DNA from: Candidatus Aceula lacicola
GTDB taxonomy: Bacteria; Omnitrophota; Gorgyraeia; Zapsychrales; Aceulaceae
Assembly (NCBI GenBank): GCA_030765785.1
Contig: JAVCCC010000008.1
Span: forward strand, 1-60,222
DNA length: 60,222 nucleotides
Direction of reading: 5' to 3'
Below, piece by piece: positions 1 through 8,395 of the stretch (within the stretch, counting starts at the first letter, position 1; the number at the start of each line of letters is the position of its first letter). Made by a program: the position numbers and the translations under genes. The notes below the pieces were generated by a model. The model saw only the letters and a list, made by a program, of their open reading frames with translations, made no database searches and was not told the DNA's origin.

Positions 1-1884
1 CCCCAATTCTTCCAACTGCTCCCAGCGTTCAAAGACAACAAGAAGTTCATCTTCAACCTCCTCTAGCTTTGCTTTAGTTTGAGCAATTTCCGTAGCTTCT
101 TTTTTATAAAAATCACCATCCGCTAAAAGGACATAAAGCTCCTCTCGCGTGGCTTCAAGCTTTTCGATCTTCGCCACTAAAGATTCCAACTCACGCTTCT
201 CTTTAAAAGAGCGCTTGCGAGGGGCAGCAGATTTATTCTCCTTCACGATCAATTTCTTTTTACCTTTGGGCTTACCTGCTACCGCAACAGGTTGACGCTG
301 TCTCAACCAATCGTCATATCCACCGGGGTACTCATAAATCTCCCCTTCACCTTCAACAACAATCGTTGATGTGACGACATTGTTTAAGAAAACACGATCA
401 TGGCTTACCAGAATCAATGTGCCGGAATACTCCATCAAAAGTTCTTCAAGCAGTTCCTGAGTTTCAATATCCAAATCATTGGTAGGCTCATCCATCACCA
501 AAAAATTAGATGGCTTCGTAAACAGGCGTGCTAAAAAGATACGGTTACGCTCACCGCCTGAAAGGACTTTAATCGGTGTTCGCGCCCTGTCAGGAGTAAA
601 TAAAAAATCCTGCAAATAACTAATAGCATGCCGCGGCTTTCCATTGATCGTCAGCATATCTCCGCCTTGAGCGACATTCTCAATCACCGTCTTTTCTTCA
701 TCTAATTGCTCCCGCAATTGATCATAATAAAGCACTTCTAAATTTGTACCCAAACGGACAACGCCGTCGTCCGGCTTCAATTGACCTAAAAGAATGCGCA
801 GTAATGTTGTTTTACCGCTGCCATTAGCGCCGATCACGCCTATTTTATCTCCACGCATTATTTTGGTCGAAAAATCACGAACGATGCAGTCATCTCCATA
901 GCTAAAATTTAAATGCTCAGCCTTAACAACCAAGCGTCCAGAATTCCCTGTTTCCTGCGCCTGAATGCGCGCCTGACCAATTACCTCGCGCTGAGCTTTT
1001 TTCTCCTCACGTAAACATTCAAGCGCGCGAACACGCCCTTCATTACGCGTACGTCTTGCCTTGATGCCTTTACGGATCCACACTTCTTCCTCGGCCAACT
1101 TCTTATCAAAAACAGCTCGTTGGGCTACCTCAGATTCTAGCGCTGCTTGTTTACGCTTTAGAAATGTTTGATAATCACATGACCAATTGAAAATTTTACC
1201 CCGATCAAGTTCCATAATTCTAGTAGATAAATTCATCATAAACTGACGATCATGCGTTACAAAAAATAAGGTCCCCGAATAATCTTTTAAAAACCCTTCC
1301 AGCCAGTCAATCGTTTCGATATCTAAATGATTAGTAGGTTCATCAAGAAGTAAAATCTCCGGCTTAATGACCAGCGCTTTAGCCAAAAGAACCCTACGCT
1401 TTTGCCCTCCTGATAAAGTCTCAAAATCCGCCTCTCCATTTAATTTCATATGAGAAAGCACATTCTCAACTTGAGAATCCAGATCCCAGCTGTTTGAATG
1501 ATCAATTTCAGCCTGCAAGCGATCAAGTTCACGCATCAGTTGTGCAGAATGATTAGTGTGCATGCGATGAAGAACGTGATGATAATCACTTAAGGTCTTG
1601 GCGCGATCTCCCAAACCTTCAAATACAATATCAAACACCATTCCTTTAATGCCGGAAGGAACTTCCTGCGGCAAATGTGTAACCTTAACACCTTTTTGAT
1701 AAATAATCTTACCACCAGTTACACCGATCTGGCCAGCCATCACTTTCATCAACGTTGTTTTACCAACGCCATTACGGCCAAGCAATGCAACCCGCTCACC
1801 CGGTTCTAGCTGCAAACTTACCTGATCAAATAATAACGGTCCGCCTAATGCGAGCGAAATTTCCTGTAAACTAATTAACGCCAT
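1..1884 (-). CDS. uup: ABC-F family ATPase, Uup-like (3' end runs off the window)
   Basis: Not in the ORF track. Minus-strand ATG at 1884 gives MALISLQEISLALGGPLLFDQ..LLGRNGVGKT; two ABC cassettes (LSGGQKRR/LLLDEPTNHLD and LSGGERNR/VMDEPTNDLD); ends ..FERWEQLEELG at base 1. SD-like AAGGA upstream. Confidence 0.9.
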   Translation of the reverse strand, partial: MALISLQEISLALGGPLLFDQVSLQLEPGERVALLGRNGVGKTTLMKVMAGQIGVTGGKIIYQKGVKVTHLPQEVPSGIKGMVFDIVFEGLGDRAKTLSDYHHVLHRMHTNHSAQLMRELDRLQAEIDHSNSWDLDSQVENVLSHMKLNGEADFETLSGGQKRRVLLAKALVIKPEILLLDEPTNHLDIETIDWLEGFLKDYSGTLFFVTHDRQFMMNLSTRIMELDRGKIFNWSCDYQTFLKRKQAALESEVAQRAVFDKKLAEEEVWIRKGIKARRTRNEGRVRALECLREEKKAQREVIGQARIQAQETGNSGRLVVKAEHLNFSYGDDCIVRDFSTKIMRGDKIGVIGANGSGKTTLLRILLGQLKPDDGVVRLGTNLEVLYYDQLREQLDEEKTVIENVAQGGDMLTINGKPRHAISYLQDFLFTPDRARTPIKVLSGGERNRIFLARLFTKPSNFLVMDEPTNDLDIETQELLEELLMEYSGTLILVSHDRVFLNNVVTSTIVVEGEGEIYEYPGGYDDWLRQRQPVAVAGKPKGKKKLIVKENKSAAPRKRSFKEKRELESLVAKIEKLEATREELYVLLADGDFYKKEATEIAQTKAKLEEVEDELLVVFERWEQLEELG

Positions 1885-1903
1885 GATTTCCTTTGTTTAT
1901 ACC

Positions 1904-3286
1904 TTAAGCTTTGCCAACTTTAAATTTTTTCCCTTTGATTTTAGCCGCGCTCAAACATTTAATGGCCATATCGATCTTATCGTTAGCAATGGCCACATAA
2001 CTATTCACTTCAAAAATATGGATCTTTCCAACTTCTTCGCCTTTAAGTCCCGCCTCTTTGGTCAAAGCGCCTAAAATATCGCCGGGACGTATATTATTTT
2101 TTCGGCCACCGCTAATATACATCGTTGACATTAATGAATGTAATTCCGTCGGCTTAAACTCTTGAAGCTCTTCCAATTTAATGATCGAACATTCCATTTT
2201 TAAATAATTACCGATCGTATCAAGCATAGCCTTCTCTTTATTAGCATACAGACTAAGCGCTAACCCTTTTTTGCCTGCGCGTCCTGTGCGCCCAATACGA
2301 TGAACATAAAGTTCATGATTGCGCGGTAAATCGTAATTAATAACCGCACTCACATCTTTCACATCAATTCCTCGAGAAGCCAGATCAGTCGCGACCAAAA
2401 TACGACAACTTTTATTATCAAACTTCGTTAGCGTTAGCGTCCTATCCTGCTGCTCCAAATCCGAATGGATCTGCAACGAATCCATTCTTAATGAACGCAA
2501 AAACTTTGCCACTTTATTACAGGTCACTCGGCTGTTACAAAAAATAATACAGGAATCTGGATTATAATGTCCCAACACACGAAGCAGCGCCGCGTTCTTT
2601 TCTTCGGCAACTTTAAAAAATAATTGCTCAACAGTGCTCATCTGATGCTGTGAATCGATCGTCACCTGCACGGCATCTTCCTGCAAATTAGCGCTCAATG
2701 TTTTAATGCCATTAGGCAGCGTCGCTGAGAACAGCATCGTTTGACGATCGATCGGAGTGAATGACGCAATGTGATCTATTTCATCGATCGTTCCCATTTC
2801 AAGCAAGCGATCAGCTTCATCTAATACCAGTATCTTAATGTCAGACATAACTAGCATTCCCTTGCTCAACAGTTTTGTAATACGCCCTGGCGTCCCGACA
2901 ATAATGTGAATACCCTGCTTCAACGACTTAATTTTATGTCGTTCTTCTGTTCCCCCCGATAATGTTAAAACTTTGATGTTGCTGGTGAACCTTGCCAAAC
3001 GGCGCGTCTCATTAGCCACCTGTTCCGCCAATTCACGCGTCGGAACGATCACAAGCGCCTGAGGATTGCTGTTGGTAACATCTAATTTAGCCAAAATGCC
3101 CAATGCAAATGCTGCTGTTTTACCGCTGCCGGTATTCGCTTGACCAATAAAATCCTTCCCGCTTAAAATATCTGGCAAACCTTTTTCCTGAATAGGCGTC
3201 ATTTCTACATATTCCAACGTCTTTAAATTATCAAGTATTGGCTTACTCAAACCTATATTTTTAAAATCTTTTGATGACTCACTCAT
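1904..3286 (-). CDS. dbpA: DEAD-box RNA helicase with DbpA-type C-terminal RNA-binding domain
   Basis: Q motif, TGSGKT, PTRELA, DEAD, SAT, HRIGRTGR; C-terminal ISGGRKNNIRPGDILGAL. Start moved to ATG 3286, which overlaps the upstream stop codon. Confidence 0.9.
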   Translation of the reverse strand: MSESSKDFKNIGLSKPILDNLKTLEYVEMTPIQEKGLPDILSGKDFIGQANTGSGKTAAFALGILAKLDVTNSNPQALVIVPTRELAEQVANETRRLARFTSNIKVLTLSGGTEERHKIKSLKQGIHIIVGTPGRITKLLSKGMLVMSDIKILVLDEADRLLEMGTIDEIDHIASFTPIDRQTMLFSATLPNGIKTLSANLQEDAVQVTIDSQHQMSTVEQLFFKVAEEKNAALLRVLGHYNPDSCIIFCNSRVTCNKVAKFLRSLRMDSLQIHSDLEQQDRTLTLTKFDNKSCRILVATDLASRGIDVKDVSAVINYDLPRNHELYVHRIGRTGRAGKKGLALSLYANKEKAMLDTIGNYLKMECSIIKLEELQEFKPTELHSLMSTMYISGGRKNNIRPGDILGALTKEAGLKGEEVGKIHIFEVNSYVAIANDKIDMAIKCLSAAKIKGKKFKVGKA

Positions 3287-4526
3287 TCTCTTTTTCCTTT
3301 TTTGCGGCTGCGGCACGCGCCTTATCTTTTTTGCTCATGCGCAACCCTTTGACAGGGGCATTGCCTTTTGCTTTCGGCAGCGGCTTCCCCGTTAATTCAA
3401 ACCCCTTAATAAATTCTCTCGGTAAGCGCATCCGCGTGCGCCTTTCAATTAATTTAAAATGCGCCTGACCTTCATGTCCAACAAAAGTTACTGCCGTTCC
3501 TTTTTCTCCGGCTCGTGCAGTGCGGCCAATGCGATGAATATAATCATCCGGCGAACGTGGAAGGTCATAATTAACAACATAGGGAAGTTTGTCGATATCG
3601 ATCCCGCGCGCGGCTAGATCAGTCGCGACCAGGGCATTAATATTTTTTTTCTTAAAGTCCGCTAGCACATCGGTTCGCTGCGCTTGAGTTAATCCGCCAT
3701 GAAAAGCTTCTGCGCGAATATTTGCCTTATTAAGTTTGGAAACCATAATATCCGCGTCTCTTGATCTTGCGACAAAAATCAAAACATGCTCCCATTTTTC
3801 TTCTTGAATCAAATGACGTAACAATGGTCCTCTGTTAGTATGATTGACTTCAATGACCCGCTGATGAATAGAATCAACGGTTGGAGTAGCATCTTCTATT
3901 TTGATCTCGACAGATTTCGGCATAAAATGCTGCACCAATGCCTTAACCTTTTCATTGATCGTCGCAGAAAATAATAAATTCTGCCGATTGTGAGGCAATA
4001 AATTCAGAACTAATTCAATTTCTTTAGAAAATCCAAGGTCAAACATCTTGTCGGCTTCATCAACAACCAAAAATCGAAGATCATCAAAATTAACTTCCTG
4101 ACGTCCCACAACATCTAATAGGCGCCCTGGCGTTGCCACAACAATATCGACGCCATGGATCAAGCTTCTTAATTGCACATTAATATTTGACCCACCAACG
4201 ATCAGCGCCGTCCGTTTCGGTTCAGCTAAATGCCGTCCATAGATCTTGATCGCACTACTAACCTGCCCAGCCAATTCACGCGTTGGTGTTAAAATAAGCT
4301 TTTTAATCGTTTTTCGCTTCTGATCAGGGTCTTCCTGCAATAACTGCAGCAGCGGCAATACAAAACTGGCTGTTTTACCAGTTCCGGTCTTTGCCTCGAC
4401 AATAACATCTTTCCCCTTAAGGATAAGCGGGATAGACTGTTCCTGGACAGCCGTTGGCTTCTGGTACCCAGCGTATTTAACAGCTCTCAAAAGATCTTCA
4501 GATAATCCTAATTTAGAAAATAACAT
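3279..4526 (-). CDS. DEAD-box RNA helicase, RhlE-like
   Basis: TGTGKT, PTRELA, DEAD, SAT, HRIGRTAR; basic C-terminal tail. Confidence 0.9.
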   Translation of the reverse strand: MLFSKLGLSEDLLRAVKYAGYQKPTAVQEQSIPLILKGKDVIVEAKTGTGKTASFVLPLLQLLQEDPDQKRKTIKKLILTPTRELAGQVSSAIKIYGRHLAEPKRTALIVGGSNINVQLRSLIHGVDIVVATPGRLLDVVGRQEVNFDDLRFLVVDEADKMFDLGFSKEIELVLNLLPHNRQNLLFSATINEKVKALVQHFMPKSVEIKIEDATPTVDSIHQRVIEVNHTNRGPLLRHLIQEEKWEHVLIFVARSRDADIMVSKLNKANIRAEAFHGGLTQAQRTDVLADFKKKNINALVATDLAARGIDIDKLPYVVNYDLPRSPDDYIHRIGRTARAGEKGTAVTFVGHEGQAHFKLIERRTRMRLPREFIKGFELTGKPLPKAKGNAPVKGLRMSKKDKARAAAAKKEKENE

Positions 4527-4533
4527 AGAAGAT

Positions 4534-4563
4534 ATAGTAGCTTAAACTATCGATTATGTACAA
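4534..4563 (-). promoter_or_regulatory. Putative sigma70 promoter of the helicase operon (leaderless)
   Basis: TTGTAC-18 nt-TACTAT, then 7 nt to ATG 4526; no SD. Confidence 0.55.
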
Positions 4564-4655
4564 CATATAAAAACACCCGCCTCCACGTCACTTACAAGGC
4601 TGATTTTGATATCCAATGGATATCCCTAGTTGGGCATTTAGCGCTTTAAAAAAAC

Positions 4656-4897
4656 TTACCTATGCACAGGTTGCTTTCTTGCATGTTTCAACTTCTTGTT
4701 TAATTTCTCAATAAAACTAATTATGCATACGCCAATAAAAATAAAAATCAAAATAACAAGCACAAAAAACTTCGTATATCACCTTTCGAAGTTTGCCTTA
4801 ATATCATCAATCAAATATTTTGAATACCCTTTTGCTTCCAAAATACTATCAAAACTACCATCAAAACAATTTCTAAAAATTACTAAACAAATTGAAA
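4656..4897 (-). pseudogene. 5'-truncated relic of a membrane-anchored protein with an in-frame TGA
   Basis: Frame reads ..FDGSFDSILEAKGYSKYLIDDIKANFER*YTKFFVLVILIFIFIGVCIISFIEKLNKKLKHARKQPVHR* (TGA at 4779-4781); no start codon before the repeat at 4898. Confidence 0.4.
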
Positions 4898-5001
4898 AGG
4901 CTCTATTTGGGCACCATTCATTTCACAAAATAAAAAGAACTCACAACTTATTGCTTAACAATATGTTATGAGCCCTTAGAATTTTCGTGGAGGTGCGGGG
5001 A
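4898..5001. repeat. 104-bp direct repeat, copy 1 (displaced ssrA 3' end plus downstream hairpin and arm site)
   Basis: Hand ungapped alignment to 6254-6357 gives 11 mismatches in 104 nt. The ssrA 3' end here reads TCCCCGCACCTCCACGA (CCA changed to CGA). Confidence 0.95.
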
Positions 5002-5133
5002 TACGATTAGCTTATTTTCCCTAACTCCTTTATTTTCAATGATATTGCTTAATTACCGTCGAGAAACGCTCTTCAAAAATTGTGCGAGGAGTTACATTTA
5101 GATACGCTGAAGTGCGAGGGTTTTGATGTGGGA

Positions 5134-5153
5134 TGGGCACCATTTGGGCACCA
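5134..5153. repeat. Tandem TGGGCACCA motifs (candidate tyrosine-integrase arm-type sites)
   Basis: Copies at 5134-5142 and 5145-5153; the same 9-mer occurs at 4908-4916 and 6264-6272; degenerate TTGGGCA at 4630-4636. Confidence 0.65.
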
Positions 5154-5154
5154 A

Positions 5155-6186
5155 TCAATAATCTAACACACCACCTGTTTTAAGCCTAATAATTCCCATT
5201 CCATCTGAAAATTCAGGCGTTGCTGTAACTTCATAGCCCTCTTCACTCAATTGACAGTCATAAACATATCCTAGAATAATCTGATCACACACTTCAAATC
5301 TTAAATTTAACTCCTCAATTTCAATGGGATATATATTTTTATTCGAATCTGCATAATTCTCAAAAGCAGATGAAAGCGTTCTCAACGTAGCTTTTGTCAT
5401 ATTTTGACTTTTCTCAAAAGACACCTTGCCAGTAAACGACCCTGTCTCCATCTGCTTTATCACCAACTCATCTATTTTCTCGGCAACAGAAACCATGGTG
5501 TCCCCAGCATTATTACTATCAAAATCTGCTAAAAAGCTATTCAATTTTTCTTTAAGGAATTGCATTTCTTCATCATTAACAGTTCCGTCATATTGATGAA
5601 TAATTTTTTCATTTTGAGCTTTTAATATTTTTAAAGCATTTCCTGGTTCAAGATTATTTTCAAGCTCTAACCAAAAGTTTTTATCATTAACGAGCTTTTC
5701 TAAAAATCCTATTGACTCCTGCCAATCAACCTCAGGATCATGATCTGAATTAAAAAGACTTGAAACGTTGTCACCTGTCATTGCTTCCGTCAACACGCTC
5801 ATTCCATGATTTATCATCCAGCTAGGATAATAATCAGGAGGAGGATTTCTTTTAGCCCAACTTACTGCATCTACTACTATTTCTTTATAAATTTTGGGAT
5901 GATACGCTGCCCATCTATAAATAGGAATAAAATTCTTATTGACTGTTAACCATGCCTGATGCGATGTCTTGTCAGCCACTCTTGTGATATCATATGTTGC
6001 ATATAGTCGAGCCTTCATTGCTAGTTCAGTGCCCTGTCTGGGGTCACCAGGAAACACTTCTAAAGCTTTCTCATAATAATTTATAAAAGTTGGAGATTCT
6101 TCGGCATAAACCCTGGCAAGATTAACTAAGCATAACACTAATAAAATAAAGCTTAAAAATAAATTTCTTAAATAAATTCTCTTCAT
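5155..6186 (-). CDS. Exported hypothetical protein with a pilin-like C-terminal domain
   Basis: Sec-type signal peptide (..LCLVNLARVYA|EE); C-terminal ATLRTLSSAFENY..YP..C..GY.YDC..GY.VTATP..TGG. AGGAG spacing favours ATG 6186 over 6192. Confidence 0.75.
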   Translation of the reverse strand: MKRIYLRNLFLSFILLVLCLVNLARVYAEESPTFINYYEKALEVFPGDPRQGTELAMKARLYATYDITRVADKTSHQAWLTVNKNFIPIYRWAAYHPKIYKEIVVDAVSWAKRNPPPDYYPSWMINHGMSVLTEAMTGDNVSSLFNSDHDPEVDWQESIGFLEKLVNDKNFWLELENNLEPGNALKILKAQNEKIIHQYDGTVNDEEMQFLKEKLNSFLADFDSNNAGDTMVSVAEKIDELVIKQMETGSFTGKVSFEKSQNMTKATLRTLSSAFENYADSNKNIYPIEIEELNLRFEVCDQIILGYVYDCQLSEEGYEVTATPEFSDGMGIIRLKTGGVLDY

Positions 6187-6253
6187 TATCATCTCCTTTT
6201 TAAATATCTTACCATATCTAAAAAGAATTTAAAATTATTATAATTCAATAAAT

Positions 6254-6357
6254 AGGCTCTATTTGGGCACCAATCGTTTTCAGAAATAAAAAAGGCTCAC
6301 AACTTATTGATTAACAATATGTTATGAGCCCTTAGAATTTTGGTGGAGGTGCGGGGA
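6254..6357. repeat. 104-bp direct repeat, copy 2 (includes the true ssrA 3' end)
   Basis: Aligns to 4898-5001. Confidence 0.95.
6285..6330 (-). terminator. Hairpin plus U-tract downstream of ssrA
   Basis: GGCTCA..AAC..ATTG / CAAT..GTT..TGAGCC imperfect stem followed by TTTTTTATT on the minus strand. Confidence 0.6.
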
Positions 6358-6736
6358 ATCGAACCCCGGTCCTTGGGATACCTAATAAAAGCCTCTACAT
6401 GCATAGTTTGTTTTTTGAACTTCGCTTTGATCACTTTAAACAAACAAACATTATCAAAACTAGCCTTTGAGTCTCACTTTGTCAACAAAGGCGATCAACA
6501 AAGCCAGCCTACTAAATGTCCTTTTTCAAAACCCGTAGACAAAATCTTGAAAAAGGGCCTTGCTTATTTAAGCAAGAACTGGTTCGCCAGCGAAGATTGG
6601 TTCAACAATCTCGTTAGCTTTCGCGATTAGGTTATCTGCGTTTATTATTTGCCTAGATATTTAACGAGGCCAACTAGACATCCTCGGCATGCCACCAATA
6701 TCGGGTGAAAACTCAAGTCGAAGCCTTGTCACCCCC
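6341..6736 (-). ncRNA. ssrA: tmRNA (one-piece)
   Basis: 5' GGGGGTGACAAGGCTTCGAC; 3' GGTTCGATTCCCCGCACCTCCACCA; pk1 stems CGAGG/CCTCG and TCTAG/CTAGG; tag frame 6639-6568; adjacent to smpB. Confidence 0.97.
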
Positions 6737-6827
6737 TTTTAAAGAACGTAAGTGTAATGCTATAAACCAAGCATTACTGAAACAACGTTTCAATTATAGC
6801 TGATTTTTAATGTTTTTCAAGAAATGG

Positions 6828-7292
6828 TTATCGATGAGACTGGTGGTTACGAACAGCTCTATCCACCTCTTTTTTGATATCACGCTTCTTTATCGTTTCA
6901 CGCTTATCAAAAAACTTTTTGCCTTTCGCAAGGCCGATTTCCACCTTAACAAAATTTCGAGCATTAAAATAAATTTTTGTTGGCACAAGCGTAAGACCTC
7001 GCTGTGTCATGCGCCCTAGAATCTTTTTAATTTCTTTTTTATGCAAAAGAAGCTTACGCTTTCTATCCGCATCAGAATTAAGATAGCTAGCCTGTAAATA
7101 CGGATTGATATAGAGACTGTAAAGATAGACCTCGTCGCCCTCGATGCGCGCAAAGCTATCTTTAAAGCTTATCCCTCCATCTCGAATCGACTTAACCTCG
7201 CTTCCGGATAAAGCAATGCCACACTCCCATCGCTCAACGATGAAATAATCACGAAATGCTTTTTTATTTGTCGAAGAAACTCTTTTTTCCAT
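6828..7292 (-). CDS. smpB: SsrA-binding protein SmpB
   Basis: NKKAFRDY, GIALSGSEVKSIR, RKRKLLLHKKEI, GKK.FDKRE; lies upstream of ssrA. Confidence 0.98.
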   Translation of the reverse strand: MEKRVSSTNKKAFRDYFIVERWECGIALSGSEVKSIRDGGISFKDSFARIEGDEVYLYSLYINPYLQASYLNSDADRKRKLLLHKKEIKKILGRMTQRGLTLVPTKIYFNARNFVKVEIGLAKGKKFFDKRETIKKRDIKKEVDRAVRNHQSHR

Positions 7293-7293
7293 C

Positions 7294-8253
7294 TTAATAA
7301 GCCTTAATCAATATTTGATAAAGTGTAAGAAATATTGGGACTGTCACAATACTCACAAGATATCCATAAAATATAGCCTGACTAATATAATGCTCCTTAC
7401 TCTTATAATAATGGGACAAAGCAACAAGTGTCAATGCGCTTGGAACAGTGGCCTCCAAAACAATAAGTAACCCGACAAGAGACTTAATCTTTAAAAGATA
7501 AACAACAAACAACACAATTGCAGGAAACAAAATTAACTTTGTTAAAACAACCACAACAATCTCTTTTAAATATTTTTTTTCTGTAATGTCAATCAACGCC
7601 AAATTGCCACCAACAAAAATAATAGAAATTGGAAGGGCGCACGCTCCAAATCCTCGAACCGGATTCATGATCACATCCGGAAGAAAACGATCAACACCTA
7701 AGAAAACAACCAATAAGGCAACAGCTGTTGCCACAAGAGGCGGATTTAACAAATTTCTTGGATTAAATCCTTGACCCTTACCTTTTGTGATCAGCCAAAC
7801 ACCAAAAGACCAAATTAAAAGGTTAAATCCAATTAAAAAAAGAAAAATATACACATGAACTTCCTGAGCTTGTGCCGCAGGCAAAATCGTTGACGCCATA
7901 ACAAGAGGAATGTATCCTGAATTCTGGAACGAACTCAACGCTAAAAATTCATTTTTATTCTGAATATTTTTCACTCCCAAAAGAACAATCTTCCCTACAG
8001 CCATAGCCGCAAAAGTCATGATCATTCCAATCAACGGAAAAATCCACCAATTGGGATATTGATCAAAGCTAAATTTTTCAATAAATGCCGAAAAAATAAA
8101 ACAAGGCAAGAAAATATGTAAAAATAAATAATTTAAAAATTTTAGCCCTTCTCGAGGCAAAATCTTAGCCTTAATAAGCCAATAGCCTACCGCACCCATT
8201 AAAAAAATTTCTACAGCAGAAAGAAATACGATATGAAAAGAAATATTAAACAT
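7294..8253 (-). CDS. AEC (auxin efflux carrier) family transporter
   Basis: About 10 hydrophobic helices; FLPCFIF, FQNSGYIPL and EATVPSA motifs. Confidence 0.85.
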   Translation of the reverse strand: MFNISFHIVFLSAVEIFLMGAVGYWLIKAKILPREGLKFLNYLFLHIFLPCFIFSAFIEKFSFDQYPNWWIFPLIGMIMTFAAMAVGKIVLLGVKNIQNKNEFLALSSFQNSGYIPLVMASTILPAAQAQEVHVYIFLFLIGFNLLIWSFGVWLITKGKGQGFNPRNLLNPPLVATAVALLVVFLGVDRFLPDVIMNPVRGFGACALPISIIFVGGNLALIDITEKKYLKEIVVVVLTKLILFPAIVLFVVYLLKIKSLVGLLIVLEATVPSALTLVALSHYYKSKEHYISQAIFYGYLVSIVTVPIFLTLYQILIKAY

Positions 8254-8262
8254 AACTCAAAT

Positions 8263-8290
8263 ATTATACCACAATGCTATTCGGGCGCAA
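8263..8290 (-). promoter_or_regulatory. Putative extended -10 promoter for AEC-smpB (near-leaderless)
   Basis: TTGCGC-16 nt-(TGG)TATAAT, 9 nt before ATG 8253. Confidence 0.5.
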
Positions 8291-8322
8291 TTGCTTGGCT
8301 AAAAACCCACCTATGCAAACAA

Positions 8323-8351
8323 TTGACACATCAAAGTTTTATCGATATACT
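8323..8351 (+). promoter_or_regulatory. sigma70 promoter of lpdA
   Basis: TTGACA-17 nt-TATACT. Confidence 0.7.
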
Positions 8352-8395
8352 TTAAAAAAACCAAAATAACAGAGTCACCGCAAACAAAAGAAATC

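Larger units (their letters stand above)
5002..6340. mobile_element. Integrase-less mini integrative element or islet at the ssrA 3' end
   Basis: Lies between intact ssrA and a duplicated ssrA 3' fragment; TGGGCACCA sites at both ends; AT-rich single cargo gene; no recombinase gene. Confidence 0.7.

Noticed and set aside
4696-4971. 91-aa plus-strand ORF
   Set aside because: TTG start with no SD, runs through the att repeat, and is antisense to a more protein-like relic frame.
6340-6630. 96-aa plus-strand ORF (MVEVRGIEPRS..)
   Set aside because: Antisense shadow of tmRNA; VExxGIEP is the typical translation of a reversed T-arm.
6763-6787. GTAATGCT/AGCATTAC inverted repeat between smpB and ssrA
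   Set aside because: Plausible processing or leader hairpin, but there is no U-tract or recognisable family; too little to call.
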